DNA from: Camelus dromedarius
Lineage: Eukaryota
Direction of reading: 5' to 3'
Length of the DNA: 64,000 nt
Assembly: GCF_036321535.1 (NCBI RefSeq)
Contig: NC_087437.1
Coordinates: forward strand, 117,616,001 to 117,680,000
This document shows positions 13,069 to 26,883 of this stretch, one piece after another. Every line of letters begins with the position of its first letter. Positions within the stretch are counted from its first letter, which is position 1. Under the pieces are notes generated by a model. That model ran no database searches. It was given only the letters and a program-made list of their open reading frames with translations, and was not told the origin of the DNA. Both the position numbers and the translations under genes were made by a program.

Positions 13069-13485
13069 TGTATTAGTTTGCTAATGAAGCAAAATCATGG
13101 TAACAAATCATGGTGACAGTACCAGGCTTGCTGGCTTAAACAATAGAAACGTATTGCCTCCCTGTTCTGGAGGTGGGAAGTGTGAGATCAGATGTGAGCA
13201 GGGTTGGTTCCTTTGAGGCTGTGAGGGGAGGATGTGTGTCCCTCCTTGGCTTGTAGAAGCCCACCCTCTCCTTGGATCTTCATTGTCTTCTCGTGTGTCT
13301 ATCTGTGTCCAAATTTCCCCTTCCTATAAGGACATCAGTCACACTGGATCAGAGTCACCCTGATGACCTCATTCTACCTCGATGACCTCTGTAAAGACTC
13401 TGTCTCCAAATACAGTTAGTTCTGAGGTCCTGGGAGTTAGGACTTCAATATAGCTTTTGGGGGGCCCACAATTCAACCCACGACA
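13069..13485 (-). mobile_element. MLT1 (MLT1A/B-like) solo LTR
   Basis: tgtattagtttgct...ggcttaaacaatagaaac...ttcctataaggacatcagtcacactgga...acaattcaacccacgaca. Flanks gactt/aactt resemble a 5-bp TSD. Confidence 0.85.
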
Positions 13486-14675
13486 AACTTTAACCATTGT
13501 TTTGGTTTCTGTGATCATCTAAAGCTGTCACAAACTAGCCCCCCAAAAAGTCCTCCTTGCCACTAACTCAGCCTTCTCCAACACGGGCAATTTGCATTGG
13601 GATCTGTGCTCTGAACTCCTCTGGTCTCTGGCCATTTGGAATCCTAAATGAAATCAGTGTTTCCTCACAGATTTTTACAAGAGACTTGTACTTCCAGTTT
13701 TGAGGTCACCTCAGTGTGGTTTTGCTTTAATTGGTTTATTCTTTTCTGGTCTAGCCTGATTGCTACCAGCACTTGGCTTAGTGGACAAGCTTTGGGGATG
13801 CTCAGAAGTACGCAGCAGGCCAGAATCCGGCCCACGCAAAGGCTGGTGCAGGGCTGAGGGTCAGGTATGACTGTTAATGACAGTTATCACAGGGTGATGC
13901 TCAGAGCCAGTGTCATATTCAGAATCATTATTCCCCTCAGCATCTGCTCACTTGAAATACAGGCATGGGATATTTAAAGAATCAAATATTCAGAACACGC
14001 CTTTCTTCCCCCTGTTTCTGAGGAACTCAAATCACCATGACTCTGGCTTTCCATGGCACTTCATGATAACATGGCAACTTAAGGCACTAGGGAGTCAGAT
14101 GTGGTTATACTGGGGTTACTGGAGTCCACACAGGCTGGGACGACTCACAGAGACATGCTCTGTGAAGCAGCAGGGAGACAGAAATAGGGATGCCAACATT
14201 GCTGACTCTTGGCCCTGTGTTCCAACTTCTGACCATACTTTATCTAGGTTGACCAAATTTGGAGACATCTGTCATTGCAAATCCCGTCTGTGCTCTGATG
14301 CGTGTCTTCTGCAAAGGCTTCGAGGAGCTTTGCTTTATGTGCTTTTTTAAATTATCCATCGCTGCCCTGAAGTACATCCTGGGTTCTCAAAATCCTGACA
14401 TTTTTGGATGGTTCTTCAGTTGGCCAAGCAGATGCCAGGGACGCCCTGCCGCCAGGCCCCCGGTGTGTGGTGGGCCTGGTGGGTCCACATGCCCCTTTTC
14501 TTTCTGGAAAGACCCCTGCCACCTGGCGCCAAGAAAGACAGAATAAGGGGCCGCAGGGAGGGGTCAGTGGGGTCACATCTTCCCTCTTCTGACTTGTGAA
14601 ATGTGTTTTTTGTTTTTTTTTTTAATGAGCAAAATGAAACCAGCCTACCAACGATACCGAGACACTGTGGAATCC

Positions 14676-15116
14676 TGTGTTAGTTTCCTGGGGCTGCTGC
14701 ACAAACTAGGTGGTTTAAACAACAGAAACTTACTCACAATCCTGGAGGCTGGAAGTCTGACATCAAGGTGTTGGGAGGGCGATATTCCTTCTGAGATTCT
14801 GGTTAGAGCCTCTCTTGCCTCTTCCTAGCGGTCGGTTGTGGCTGTTGCCCTTTGGCTTGCTTTAGTTTGTAGCTCTGTCACTTCAGTCTCTGCCTCTGTC
14901 ATGACATGTGTTCTCCCGTGTGTCTCTGTGTCCAAATGTTGCTTCCCTTATAAGGACACCAGTCATGACACTTAAGGCCCCCTTTAATTCACTGGGACCC
15001 TATCTTAACTTGATTACATCTGCTAGGACTTTATTTCCAAGTGCAGTCACATGTCGGGGTGATCGGGGATTGAACCTTCAACATATCTTTTTGGAGGACA
15101 CAATCCAGCCCAGGAC
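14676..15116 (-). mobile_element. MLT1 (MLT1B/C-like) solo LTR
   Basis: tgtgttagtttcctggggctgctg...ggaggctggaagtctgacatcaaggtg...cttataaggacaccagtcat...gaggacacaatccagccc. Confidence 0.85.
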
Positions 15117-18100
15117 ACAGTCCATCATCCTCGCATGCACTCACTTGTCTTCTTGGCTTTTAGAAGCTTTATTTCAAGAATGTAAAGTCCTCAGAAAAAT
15201 TGAAAATTATCTGACTTGGGGATTTTGATGCTGGGTTTTCAGTGGTCATGTGTCCTTTGTTGATAGGGGTAAGAATACAATTTGGAATGCTTTTTGGTTT
15301 GTAGGGATCAGGTCAGATGCCCAAAAGACAACTACCAAGCTGTCTGATCCCCACTCTGCTGCCATCAGAACTGGTAAACGCCCACTCAGACCCACAGCTG
15401 TGTTTCACTGGTGGAATTGTCTCTGTTGGAAAAGACTCCCCAGTGTTTCTATGTGTGGTGAGGGAGTTTGGGCAGGATCAACACTGAAATTAAAATAGCA
15501 AAGCAAAAAGCACGGGTGTTTTGTTAACAGCATTCTTTAGCATTCATTGGGAGTTGGAAAGTTTCATAAAGAAAAAACAGAAAAACTTGGGCAGTTGATT
15601 CACTTTTAGGAAGTTGACTGTCTCTTGTCCAGAGACACAGCCTGAAAAGAGGACACCCTGTCCATGTGGCTTCTCCATGCTTGTGTCGTTGAAGGAATAA
15701 AGGTGATGGACCCTCATACTCCCCACCAGGTTAAGAAGCCACCTGTGTGGACATTGAACTGGCAAGAAGACCCAGAGGATGCCCGTTGCATCTTTGGATT
15801 CACTTGGTTCTGACCTTGGGCAAAGCAATTCGACGCCTTTCTCTTTGCTTCTCTCAGTGTGAAGTGACGATCACAAGAAAGAAGCTCACACAAGAGAGGG
15901 TCCCCTTTGCTGTGTGGGAAATAGCAGGACCCTCAGAGCAGCTTATTGGGGTCTAGTGTGAATGGCATTCACAGCGAGGCTTTGAACACGCTCATTAATG
16001 TTTTCAGGGTACTAGGGCATTATTGAGTAAATTGCAACTTCAGGCATAAAAAATAAAATATAACTGAAAAATAATTCTAAAGATCCCAACAATTTTACAT
16101 GAACTTTTTTTTTTTAATAGGTAATTGGGACTTTCTAAATAGTTGGGCTGTGATGATTCTCCCACTCAAGGAATTCTCCCACAATCAGATTAACTGAAAT
16201 AGTATAGGTCCTGAAACCTGCTTTGTAGCAAGTAGCTGAGTTTAAAGGACGTGTCTTTATGCAAATGTGGCTTTTTGCATATACATTTCATGTGTCTTTG
16301 TTAGGTAAAAGTAGCATTTGCCAAAACAGCCATTGTGGGAGAATTTCCACTCAACTGAAATCGAGGTTGCTGTGAATGAGGGAAAAGGGCTTCTGTTGTC
16401 ACCTTAGAGCTTCTTAGGGCCACAGCAGGGGGAAAAGAAAATAACTCCATGAATTGTGTGTCTTATGCTCCTATTATCAAGCTAGTGATTTGCTATGTAT
16501 TTGTTCATATTCCTTGATAAGCAACACCTGTAAAGGGACTGACTAAGCTTGAATCGTAGGTTTACGTGCATGTTTAAAATTCTTAACTTTTGGAAATTTG
16601 AACAGTTACTCACAGATGCGAGTTGAACTGGCTCCTTGTGAAGTGTCAGCTCATTAAGATGATGAACAAGAGCCCTGCAGTTTTATTTTTTCCCAATCTC
16701 TGTCCTTCCCCATTCTGCTGGGACGAACTCTCCCTCCAGGCAGCAGCTCCCTGGATCAGCTCCTGGACAGGACTGATTCCTTCTCAGTCCCTTTGATTCT
16801 TAGAGCTGTGTCACTCTGGTACCCAAGATTCAGGGTCGTTCCTTTGCAAACATCACTCTCAAGTTTGGTTCAAGTCTCTCTTCGCCTCACAGAGCAGGTC
16901 ACACCTCCTTCTCATCTTCCTCCTCCCCCCCCTCTTTCTCTTCTGGGTACTGGATCCTCTGAGGATGAGGTCAGGAGGTTGGCAGAAGGAGGTGGATGTT
17001 TCCTGGGTTGCCAGGTAAGACTCCGTTCTCCTGGCTGATGCTGACTGACCTCTGAGGCTCTTCTTAGGCTGAGAATCCAGGTGTTCGGTCCTTCATGGCT
17101 TAGACGCTCATGTGGTTCCTTGAAGGACCCTAGAGAGATCTCTGTCTCCTGGTCCCACCACAAGAAGTCCCATCCTTATATTCTTCCTGCTTTCATGGAA
17201 GACCCCTTCTTCACTCAGTCTCCACAAGTCAGCACCACCTTGAGATAATCAACCACAAGGAACTCAGTCACAAACGGTGGAGGAGCAGGCTGCTCCACGT
17301 GTGCTAGCTTAACAACCTCCCCACGGTCTTCACGGAGAAGGGGTGCTGCCCTACGTGGGCTGACTGGGGAGAGTGAGAGGAGATGGTGCGGAAGCTGGGT
17401 TTACGAAAAGCCCATGGGCTCCTCCCCACTCCTCTCCCACCCCTGAAGAAAGCCCGTGGGGGCCTGCAAAGCCAGCGGGCCCCTCAGCAGGCAGAGGGAG
17501 GCTTCCAGGCGAACCTCCTGACTGGCTGCAGAGTCATCTTCAAGTGAACCCCATGGTTTTTATCTTCACCATCAGTCTTGGATGGAAACACGCTGTCTAC
17601 ATAAATTTGCTTCCCACAGAAATTTCACAGGCTGAGAGGCTGATGAGTTCATTTTAAAGAAGAGGAAACATTCCAAGTACCAGGCTCCCCTCTTGTCTAA
17701 TACTTTCCCTTCAGACACCTTCTCCTGGCACTTTCCATCGTTCCTCCTTCTGAGACAGAGATAACCACCTCCTTGAAGCCTCCCATGATTGGGTTGACCT
17801 TTATTGTCCTTCTTCCTGGATACTTAATTTGGCACTAAGTTTAATCTGTTTTGCCCTATTTTATCTGTCGACTGTATTGGTTTTGTTTCTCTAACCAGAT
17901 GGTAAAATGTTTGAAGATGAGAATCACCTCTTCCAAGACGTATATTCTCCTCTTAATTACCTAGAAAATGCTGAAAAAAATTCAGTAGATATTTTAAAAT
18001 AGTTCCTGATTGATGGGAAAGAGCAGCGCCCCAAACTAGTTTTAGAAGCTTGGATCATTCGGGCATTTCCTTGGATCCTTTTTTACGGGGCAAACTTTGA

Positions 18101-20519
18101 TCCAGTTGAAGAGACCCGTGATTGATAGATGCCTCCATTTCCTTCATTTCATTTTACAGACAAACGTATGACCTTTGGCAGATCCAGCCAGGGCTGGGCC
18201 CCGTTCAAACGCACCCCCAGGGGCGGCGTCCCTGGACTGCCTGCTCTGAGACCCAGAACGTGCAGATGGCGGTAGCTGGGGTGTCCTGCCCTGCAGCTTC
18301 CTTAGTCTTCCTGGAAAGGCGCTCTCAACAGCGCCTCACAGAGACGTCCAAGGAGATGGCTGAGAGAGAGCGTAAGCGCACTGCGGCAAAGTGCGCGTGG
18401 CTTAATACGCAGGAGACGTCAGCGATAACGTGTGTGAGACCAGCGCCCCTCTGTGGTCGCAAGGAGAGTCTGGTTCTGGTGCTGAGTGCGAATCAGTTCT
18501 CCCCGAAGGGCTGGGGAGACCTGAGCGACCATCTCTTTCCCATTCTTGCTTGACTCTCTTTTCCCCTCATCTGCTCCCGTGATGTCCCTGCGTCTCTTTC
18601 TGTCCTTCACTGAACTGCATTGGATGGGCAACTACTCGCATTTTGGCTGATTAAAATAAAACGGCAGCAAAGCCCTCATCCATTCAGGAATTCTTACTTA
18701 AGGTACTGACTTTAAAATACAGAGTTTCATGAATTTAACTCCTGCAACATTTGTGCTAAGGCAGCGGTCCCTAAAGTAACCAGAAGTGCAGTCTCCCCCC
18801 GGCCCCGACCGCGCAGTCCCCAGGCTGCAGTGTTTGCTCCTTCCCGAGGATGGCTCTTGTTTTCTCCTTGTTACCTCAGCGGCTGGAATCTGTGATCCCT
18901 TCCGGTGTCTGAGCGGATGAAAGCAATAATAGAGTCAGCCGGACATGGGTTCCCATCTCTACTTGGTTGCTTGTGAGCAGCAGTGACTTTGGTCAACTCA
19001 CCTGATCTCACAGTGTCTTCACAATGCCACCCGTCATTCTGTGCACATCAGAGGGGACATGGGGCTCAAGGGTCAGAGCTCCCCAGCCTGCAGAGCCCCG
19101 TGGAAGGGGAGGGGACAAGGACCGCTGTTGCTGTCTCATGGTTTGGTGCCCACTTCCTTAAAGTCGCTTATGGTGACCTTTGTATAATAAACTAAAAAAC
19201 TGCGTTGCCCCATGTGATGCAACATCAAAATAGCGATGCCGATGGTAACCTGGCAGTTGTAAATGCAATTTTTTCACGTGTACCATTACTTGGATTCTTA
19301 TTTTTCACTGTCGCTAATTTTTGTCCGAGTATTTCACACGGTTTCCACGATGGCATTCTCGTTGACCACTGTGGATTTACACTCACTCCTCGCTTGAGTT
19401 TGAGGAAGGAACAGGTGGGTGTGGTGTCCCAGGGGCCTCTCACTGCGCTCAGGATGCTGTGAGCTGTGCCTCTGCGGTGAGTCTAGTGTGAGGGTCGGGT
19501 CAGCTTGACTGTGGAGGACAGAGTACTGAGCACCTGGAGGAGAAAACAGAAGGCAAGCCGGCCTTTAGGAGGGCTTAAAGCCAAGTTCCAAGGTGAAAAG
19601 GGGGAAAAAAAAGTAAAAACATTAAAAAAAAATCCTCATTAAACTGGAGGCATTTGGCCAAATCTAAATCTTTCACAAATTGCTCATTTGGGCCTCAACA
19701 CAGACGTGTCCTAAGGTTGAAAATACCGAAAACACCAGCCTGAACTGTCACGTGACAGTCGTGACCCATCAGCAGCGACGCTGTAGCTGAGCCCAGCCGC
19801 GCTCACCTCCGTGAGGGGACGTCCCGCTTAGGAGCAGGGTCTTCAGACTGGTCACAGCATCACGTTTGTTTCCTTCTGATAACAAACCTTTAAAACTTTC
19901 AGGAAAATAACAACAAAAAAGACTTTGTTGACACTCGTTGACCGGCGGGGCTGTGTCTGCGGGTGGCCTGGCTATGCAGCCAGGAGACAAGCTGCACATC
20001 CTCCCAGACTGAAGACGGAGCAGTGCTTCCCGAGGGCACCAGTCCTGCTTCCTCCCTCAGCGAAATCCATATGAAATCCATGGAGGGACAGGAGAGCTGT
20101 GGAGTCGCTGACACAAGCTGGGGTGTGGGGAGCTGAGCCTCGGCAGGTGCCGGCCGTCAGACGGCCTCGAGGATCATGTCCAGGGGCAGCGGGAAGTCAC
20201 TGAAAATGTAAGTGGGAGAGCTATTTGATCATACTTCCATTTCAGGAGGATGGGTTTTTAGGAATATGAAGGAGAGACTGGAGGGGGCATGACTGGGGTC
20301 AAAGAGGCTGGTTGGGAGCGCCGCCTTGCTGGGAGAAAGAACACCTGTCGCTCACGCAGACGATGAGATGGGCTCCTGCAGGCGCGGCGGGCGAGCGGGA
20401 AGGGCCAGAAATGGAGGCGGTTGAGTCTGGAGCAGACTGCGTCTAGAGCCACTGAGGGTGGGGGCTGAGGTGTCTGGAGGAGACAAGGCTGACGGGAGGG
20501 AGACGAGAGGCTCTGGCTG

Positions 20520-20690
20520 CTTGACATCTCAGCTCCTAGTCTTTATAATCTGTGCCTTTGGGCAAGTGAGTGTCTGCCAGCCTCAGTTTCCCCACAGGTA
20601 AGATGGGGGTAGTAACCCCTGCTTCGGGGGCTGGTTAGCACATCCGACAAGGGGCCGTGTGCACAGATCATGGTGCCAGGAGCCTAAGGC
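20520..20690 (+). mobile_element. MIR fragment
   Basis: tgtgcctttgggcaagt...gcctcagtttccccacaggtaagatggggg. Confidence 0.65.
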
Positions 20691-21780
20691 CTGGCCGGAG
20701 GGCCCAGACCCAACACGTGCGGACGTCATCCGAATAGTCTGAGGCCCTGTAAATAGAGAGGGTCGACCAACGACAACCGCGCAGTGATGTGAGGATTTGC
20801 CAAATGCAGTTCTGGTCCCTATAAAAATGGGTCCTTTGCTTCGCACACAGGAAAACTTTTGCCTGGATCCAAAGGGTGTCCTTATCCTGTCCAAGCTACA
20901 GAACTAGCTGCCACGAGCTTACGCAGACAGAGCACGGTCTCGCCCCGCAGGCGGCTGAGAGCCGGACGAGGGGGCTGCGGGCAGGATCGGAGAAGTCCGG
21001 GTGCGGGTCTCAGCATCGCCGCCACCTCCTGCTTACACCACCGAAGGCGAGTTTCTCACCTTGTCTGCGTTGTGTTTCTTCGCCTGGAAAATGGGAATGC
21101 TCATGCTTGTTTTGGGAGGATTAGGGGTGACACGTGGCAAGACTCGGCCAACACTTACCATCAGTAGGGGAGCGGGCAGGCAATCACAGATAGTCACCTC
21201 GCACAGAACGGGGAGCACGCTCACAGGGGCAGGCTGTTTGGAAGTTCAGAGGAGAAGGGGACCATTTTCAGCTGAGACAGTCGGGAAGGCCTCCCCCTGG
21301 AGGAAACAGAACTTGCTCTGGGCTTGGAGGGGGCACTGTGTGGTGGCTTCACCGTGCAGACTTGGCCAAGCTGGACCTGCTTTTCCCAGCATCCCCTTCC
21401 TTGCGTAGGACTGGGTTGGGGGGGCCACGGGGCATTTGCCTGAGGTTTGGAAGGTGATGGAGAAGCAGCAGCCACGGTCCTTCAGACCTCGGGAGTTGAT
21501 GCCCAGGGTCCAGGTGCGAGGCTGCACCCATGGTCCTCGTGTGCTGGCTCGTCTGGGTGGTGCAGCCGGGCCGGCCCCCACCAGGTGTGGGCTCTGCTTC
21601 TCCGACGCCTGGGGGTGGGGACGCAGGCTTAGCTCTGTGACAAAGAACACCAGCTTCTCTGGCAAAACACCCCGCATGCCTGTCATGGAAGTGGGAAGTT
21701 CGGAGGTGCAAGAGATTGGGGTAAGGTCTAAGTTACCTGTGCCCTCGCCACTGGGGAAACACAGGAGGGCCTCCCGTGGT

Positions 21781-22380
21781 CTCCTGCGGATGCAGTCCCC
21801 TGGCTAAACCGCTGTCCCGTCGTGGGGACCGGGTGCAGGGCACGCTGAGCCTTCAGCTGTCTGCCAGGCTGCCGGACTATCCAGGCCGACCCTCCACGGC
21901 CTCCCGGGGGAACTCTGCCTGGTGATCCTGCAGAGCCTCCTCCCTCCACCCCGGGGCTCACCCCGCTCCCGAGAGTAACCCCCACGTGGCCCTCCGCGGC
22001 GCGTGTGCCCTCCTCCCCGGGGGGGCGTGGGTGTGACCAATGCGCCGCAGCCGTCCCACTGTCCGGCGTCAGGCGCTGCGCGCTGGATGGGCCCCTCAGC
22101 CCTGCGGGCGGGGTGCTCCCTCCCCGGCGAGGCAGAGCGTCCGTGCTCAGCGGACACCCAGGCAGGTCCTGTCTGGCCGGCGGACTCCTGCTCCAGTCGT
22201 GGTCCCACTGTCCTCCTCCCCCTGGGCTCATGCCCATCCTTCCTTCCCCCCGCCTCCTTGGGGACCTCAAGCCCCAGCCCCAGACACAGAGGCCACGGCC
22301 CTGCGGGGACTGTTTAATCAGCTTCCAGAGCCGCACGAGTCAACGCGTGGGTCATAGAACTTAATTACTCCCCGGTGGCC
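21781..22380. promoter_or_regulatory. Orphan CpG-island-like segment with promoter-type motifs
   Basis: About 46 CpGs in 600 bp by hand count, roughly 70% GC. E-box CACGTG at 21983, GC boxes at 22021 and 22106, CCAAT at 22037. Confidence 0.5.
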
Positions 22381-23123
22381 CGTTTCTTCAAGGAGCAGAA
22401 ACATAATCTCCCTAATTCAACTCTTCAGAAGGGGGAACATTCACTCTGGAGACCAGCATGGTGGCAGTTGTGCAGGGGAGGAGTTGGCCTCTGGCCGTCC
22501 GTACACACGGCCTCCTCTGCAGTGTTCAAGGTCAAGTTCTGCTGGTGCTTCTCTGCCCCATGCCCCGCTCAGGACGGCGACCCCTCCTCCCACATTTGAT
22601 CCTCCTGCCCTCTCTCAGGGGTTGGGGTCTCTCTGAGGCCACTTTGTGCCCTTGGCTTCAGCATCCCCTGCAGATGTCTGCTTGGTGCCCAGGGACCCCC
22701 AGGTCCTCCGACTCTTGGGTCTTCAAACATACCAGAGGTGTTTCTGCCTCCTCCCCTTGGGGCTTGTCCTGGGCTGAGTTCATGGCTTCTTCTCAGAGAC
22801 CTTGCACGCATCTAATTCTTCCCTTTTTCCTTTTTCTCTTCTGGTCTAAAGAGAGTATTTTTCCCTTTTAGGAGAAGCAAGTATTTCAAAAAATCTTATT
22901 ATCTTTTCCTTGGGCTACAGCTTTAAAAAAGAGGGAAAAAATCCTCAGATATGAAGAACTTGACATCTTTCCTATTTCTTTCCAGTTGACCTGATGACTT
23001 TGGAGAAATGGCAGCCTCTGATACCAGCTGGGGAGGCCACAGGGCCAGTGAGGGAACAAAAGGCACACACACCACACAACCCTTCAAAATCCCAGATCGC
23101 AGAGGAGAGGTGCAGAACCCAGC

Positions 23124-23500
23124 ATCATAGACTGAATGTCCATGTCCCCCCAGATCATATACTGAAGCCCTTACTTCCAATACAATGGCATTTGGAGGTG
23201 GGGACTTTGGGAGGTAATTAGGTTTCATTGAGGTCATGGGGGAGGAGCCCCGGCGATGGGCTAGCATGCTAGGAGGAGGAGGAGGAGACCCAGCCTGTGT
23301 GCACCCCCCGAGGAAAGGCCACGGGAGGACCCAGCAAGGAGGCTGCCGTCCACAAGCCAGGAAGAGAGGCCTCATCAAGAACTGAGTCCATGGGCACCTG
23401 CTCTGGGCCTCCCGGCCTCCAGCACCATGAGGAGTAAGTGTCTGCTGCTAAGGCCCCGGCCGGTGATATTTCACTACAGCAGCCTGTGTGGACCAGGACC
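23124..23500 (+). mobile_element. MLT1A-like solo LTR
   Basis: gactgaatgtccatgtcccccc...atttggaggtggggactttgggaggtaattaggtt...caagccaggaagagaggcctca...gatatttcactacagcagcc. Confidence 0.85.
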
Positions 23501-24129
23501 CTGGGGGAGCCAAGGGAGGGACTGGATTCCAAGGGAGAGCTGATGGGCAGCCGGCCCCCTTCTCCCGAGTCAGGAAGGCTGGGCCTGAGGAAGGCCATTC
23601 CATCTGACATGCAAGAGAGCATTTTGGGGAGAAGACCAGAGAGAAAACAAGACTGTAAAGGGTCATGAAGGAAGCAAGGACGGGAAGCACGGGCTGTGGC
23701 GTGTCAGCCTCCTACTTTCTAAGGCAGCCTAGTCAATACAAGTGAAGACAGACAACAGAAGACTTAGCGCCCTCAGGGGACAATCAGGTCCCAGCAAGGA
23801 GGATACTTTTAGGACAAGGGACACGTGGGTGTTCTGGTTGACAGGAGAAAAAGCCGAAGGTAAGGAAGAGATCAAACATGTAGTGACAAATCTCCGCACT
23901 TGGAAATGGAAAACCTGTTTTGGAGTCTTGGCCACCATCCTGGCCAACGTGGTGGCCTTGGACGGGATAGTAAACCCCTCTGAGCTTCACTGTCCTCATC
24001 TGTATGACTTCTGCGGACGGCAACTCTGTCACAGGCTTGCTTTGAAATGTTTTGCTGTTGAATGAAAAGGACTTTGCCTAATACACCACCACTTCTACGA
24101 AGAGGGACGCCAATATGGCCTCACTACGC

Positions 24130-24360
24130 ATCAGGCCCTGCTCGCCGCCTTTAGCGTACACTGACTCACTGAACTGCATTCACTGAGTGTCTTCCAGCTC
24201 ACTTAATTCTCAGAGCAACACCGTAAGCTTGTCACTTTGATCATCTCCATCTTACAAATGAAGAACCGAGAGGTTCATAACTTGCTCAAGAACACAGAGC
24301 TTAACGAGGCAGAGAGACTGCCAACAACCTCTGCTCCTCACCGCTGTGCACACTGCCTCC
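24130..24360 (-). mobile_element. MIR fragment
   Basis: ctcacttaattctcagagcaac...atctccatcttacaaatgaagaaccgagaggttcataacttgctcaag. Confidence 0.6.
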
Positions 24361-24767
24361 TCCGAATGAGCTTTCAGGATGAAAACTGATTACATGGTGG
24401 ATTGATGGGCTGAACAGAGAAAGACGAAGGATAATTTTCAGGAGACAACAGCAAAGAAGGAACTAAAGTGTGGGATCAGCAGCCCAAGAGGAAAGGATGA
24501 CTTCTAAAGGGTGAAGGACAGAAGATGAAGAGATGGAGCTGCAGGCTGACAGTAACACTGTGCAAGCAGCTGTATCCAGCCGCTCCTGAAGCTGATCGGA
24601 TCTCGTCCCCCAATTTCTGCCTGAGCCAACAAAATCTCTTTCTTGCTCAAATCAAGACAGACTGGATGTTCACCCACCTTGCCTCTGAAGGATGATAGCT
24701 GGGATGCCCATGGATTTTGGAAGAAAGGTGGATGGGCTGTCATTTAATGGACCTCGTCCAGCTGTCT

Positions 24768-25214
24768 GCATTAGTGTCCTGGGGCTGCCATGACAAGTTA
24801 CACCAACTGAGTGGCTTAGAACAATAGGGATTTATTCTCTCATGGTTCTGGAGATGAGAATTGTGAAATCAAGGTGTTGGCAGGGGCAGGCTCCCTCTGA
24901 AGGCTGTAGAGAGAATCTGTTCCTTGTCTCTTCCTGGTTTTTGATGGTTTTGAGAATCCCTTGTGTTCCTTGGTTTGTAGATGCGTCACCCCACCTCGAT
25001 CTCCTGCACCACGTGGCTGTTTGCCCTCTGCGTGTGTATCTTTTCTCTTATAAGGATACCGCTCATGTTGGAGCAGAGCCCACCCTGATCGAATATGACT
25101 TCATCTTAATTTGCTTGCAGCTGCAAAGAGTCTGTTTTGAAATAAGGTCACGTTGACAGGTACCGATTCACCACCCTTTGACATATTTGGGGGGAAACAT
25201 AATTTGCTCACTAC
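24768..25214 (-). mobile_element. MLT1 (MLT1C-like) solo LTR
   Basis: tgcattagtgtcctggggctgccatgacaagttacaccaactgagtggcttagaacaata...tgaaatcaaggtgttggcaggg...aaataaggtcac. Confidence 0.85.
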
Positions 25215-26313
25215 GTCCTCACAGCACGTTATACACAACCACTGCGGCAAACCATCGTTTTTATGTTTTTCCCATTTCCTCCTATCTTTCCACAAAAGTT
25301 CAGGCATCTTGCTGTCTCCCAGATCTCAAGGGGAAGGGATGATAACGTCTAGAACAAAAGCCAGATTCTGGGCTACGGGTTCCAAAACTGACTCTTGAAA
25401 GCCACTGTAAAGATAACAGTCTGAAAAATCAAGGGGTTTTTGATTGACAAGAACTGGGCTTTGTTGAAGGACAAAAGGATCTGTGAGTTTCAGAGAGAAA
25501 GCTTTGATGGCTGAGCACAAAGAGTATAAAATAAGGCAGAGTCCGGGAGAAGACACGGAACACAAGGCAGTGGCAGCTTTTCGACTCCTTGCAGAGGGAA
25601 AGAAGCTTTCAACAAGCAGGGTGCTTAGGAGGCAACAAAGTTGGAACAGAGCTGTTGGTAGGCTTCTGTGAAGGCCTCCATCCTATACTCTGCTTCCTCC
25701 TGGAGTTAACACTCAAAAAAGGCAAGAATTCTGCAGCAGTTTGAGGAGCCCCAGAAGCACAGTTTGGGAACACTGCATGCCTCTTAGGATGGGCCAGAAC
25801 ATCTGGCCCCGGGGTAGCAGGTGACCTAAGGTTGAGGGAGGTGTTTAGCCAGGCAGGTCGCAAGGCGGTCTCCAGGTCCCACACGTCCCAGTGGGGAGCC
25901 GGCCTCCAGGCGGACTAAGTGCCCATACGGCCAGAACAGGGGGCAGAGCTGCCAGGGCAGGGACCGCAGACCTTAGCCATGGCTGTTGGCATGAAATTCC
26001 CAAAGACCACGAGGGCTGCATCGCTGGGACTGAGGCAGAGGCAAGAGGCCAGCCCCCGCCCCAGGCAGCCTGTCCTGAGTAATGTGTGTGTTCCTTAAAG
26101 CTCACCCTCTCCCAGAACTTAGATTGTCACAAAGACAGGGACAAGAGGAGGGACAGGAGGGACCCCCCCGCAACAGGCTGAGCTCTAAACTGAACCTGAT
26201 CAATTTCCTTGAATTAAGTTTTTATTTTTAATCATCAACTGAAATACAGGTTGAGTTCAGTTTTGGAGAAATAGAATGGCCACATCTTTACACACCTAAG
26301 GTTTCTTAACATA

Positions 26314-26883
26314 TGTACCAGTTACCTACAGCTGTGTAACAAATGACTACACACTTAGCTGCTGAAAACCATACACGTTTATGATCTCAGGGTTTTTGTC
26401 TGTCAGGATTTGGGGTATGATGGACGTAGCTGGGCTCTCTGCTTTGGGGGTCCCACCAGGCTTCAATGAAGGTGTTGACTGGGGCTGAGGTCTCATCTGA
26501 ACACTCTGCGGGAGAAGAATTCACATCCAAGTTTGTATGGGTTGCTGGTAGATTCATTTACTTGTAGTTGTAAGACCAAAGGCTGATTGTTGGCTGGAGA
26601 CTGCCCACAGCTTGTGGGGTTCCCCACAGGTCCCTGCCACCCGCCATTCACAACATGGCACATCCCCTCTGGAAGACCAGCAGGGGAGGGAAAGGGAGGT
26701 GTCTAGCAGGGTGGAGTCTTATGCAACATAATCATGGGAGTGACAAACCATCACCTTGGCCACATTCTATTTGCGGGAAGAAAGTCACGGGTGCTGCCCA
26801 CACTCAGAGGAAGAGGATTCGTAAAGCCGTGGCTATCAGGAGGCAGGGATCACTGGGGGTTACCTAAGCGTCTGTCTGCTACA
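26314..26883 (-). mobile_element. MLT1 (MLT1F/G-like) solo LTR
   Basis: tgtaccagttacctacagctgtgtaacaaatgac...gccacattctatttg...agaaagtcac...gggatcactgggggttacc...gtctgctaca. Confidence 0.8.

Noticed and set aside
21728..22336. 202-aa ORF and several overlapping ORFs on both strands
   Set aside because: G/P/R/A-rich translations open in multiple frames are typical of stop-poor CpG-rich DNA; no homology recognised.
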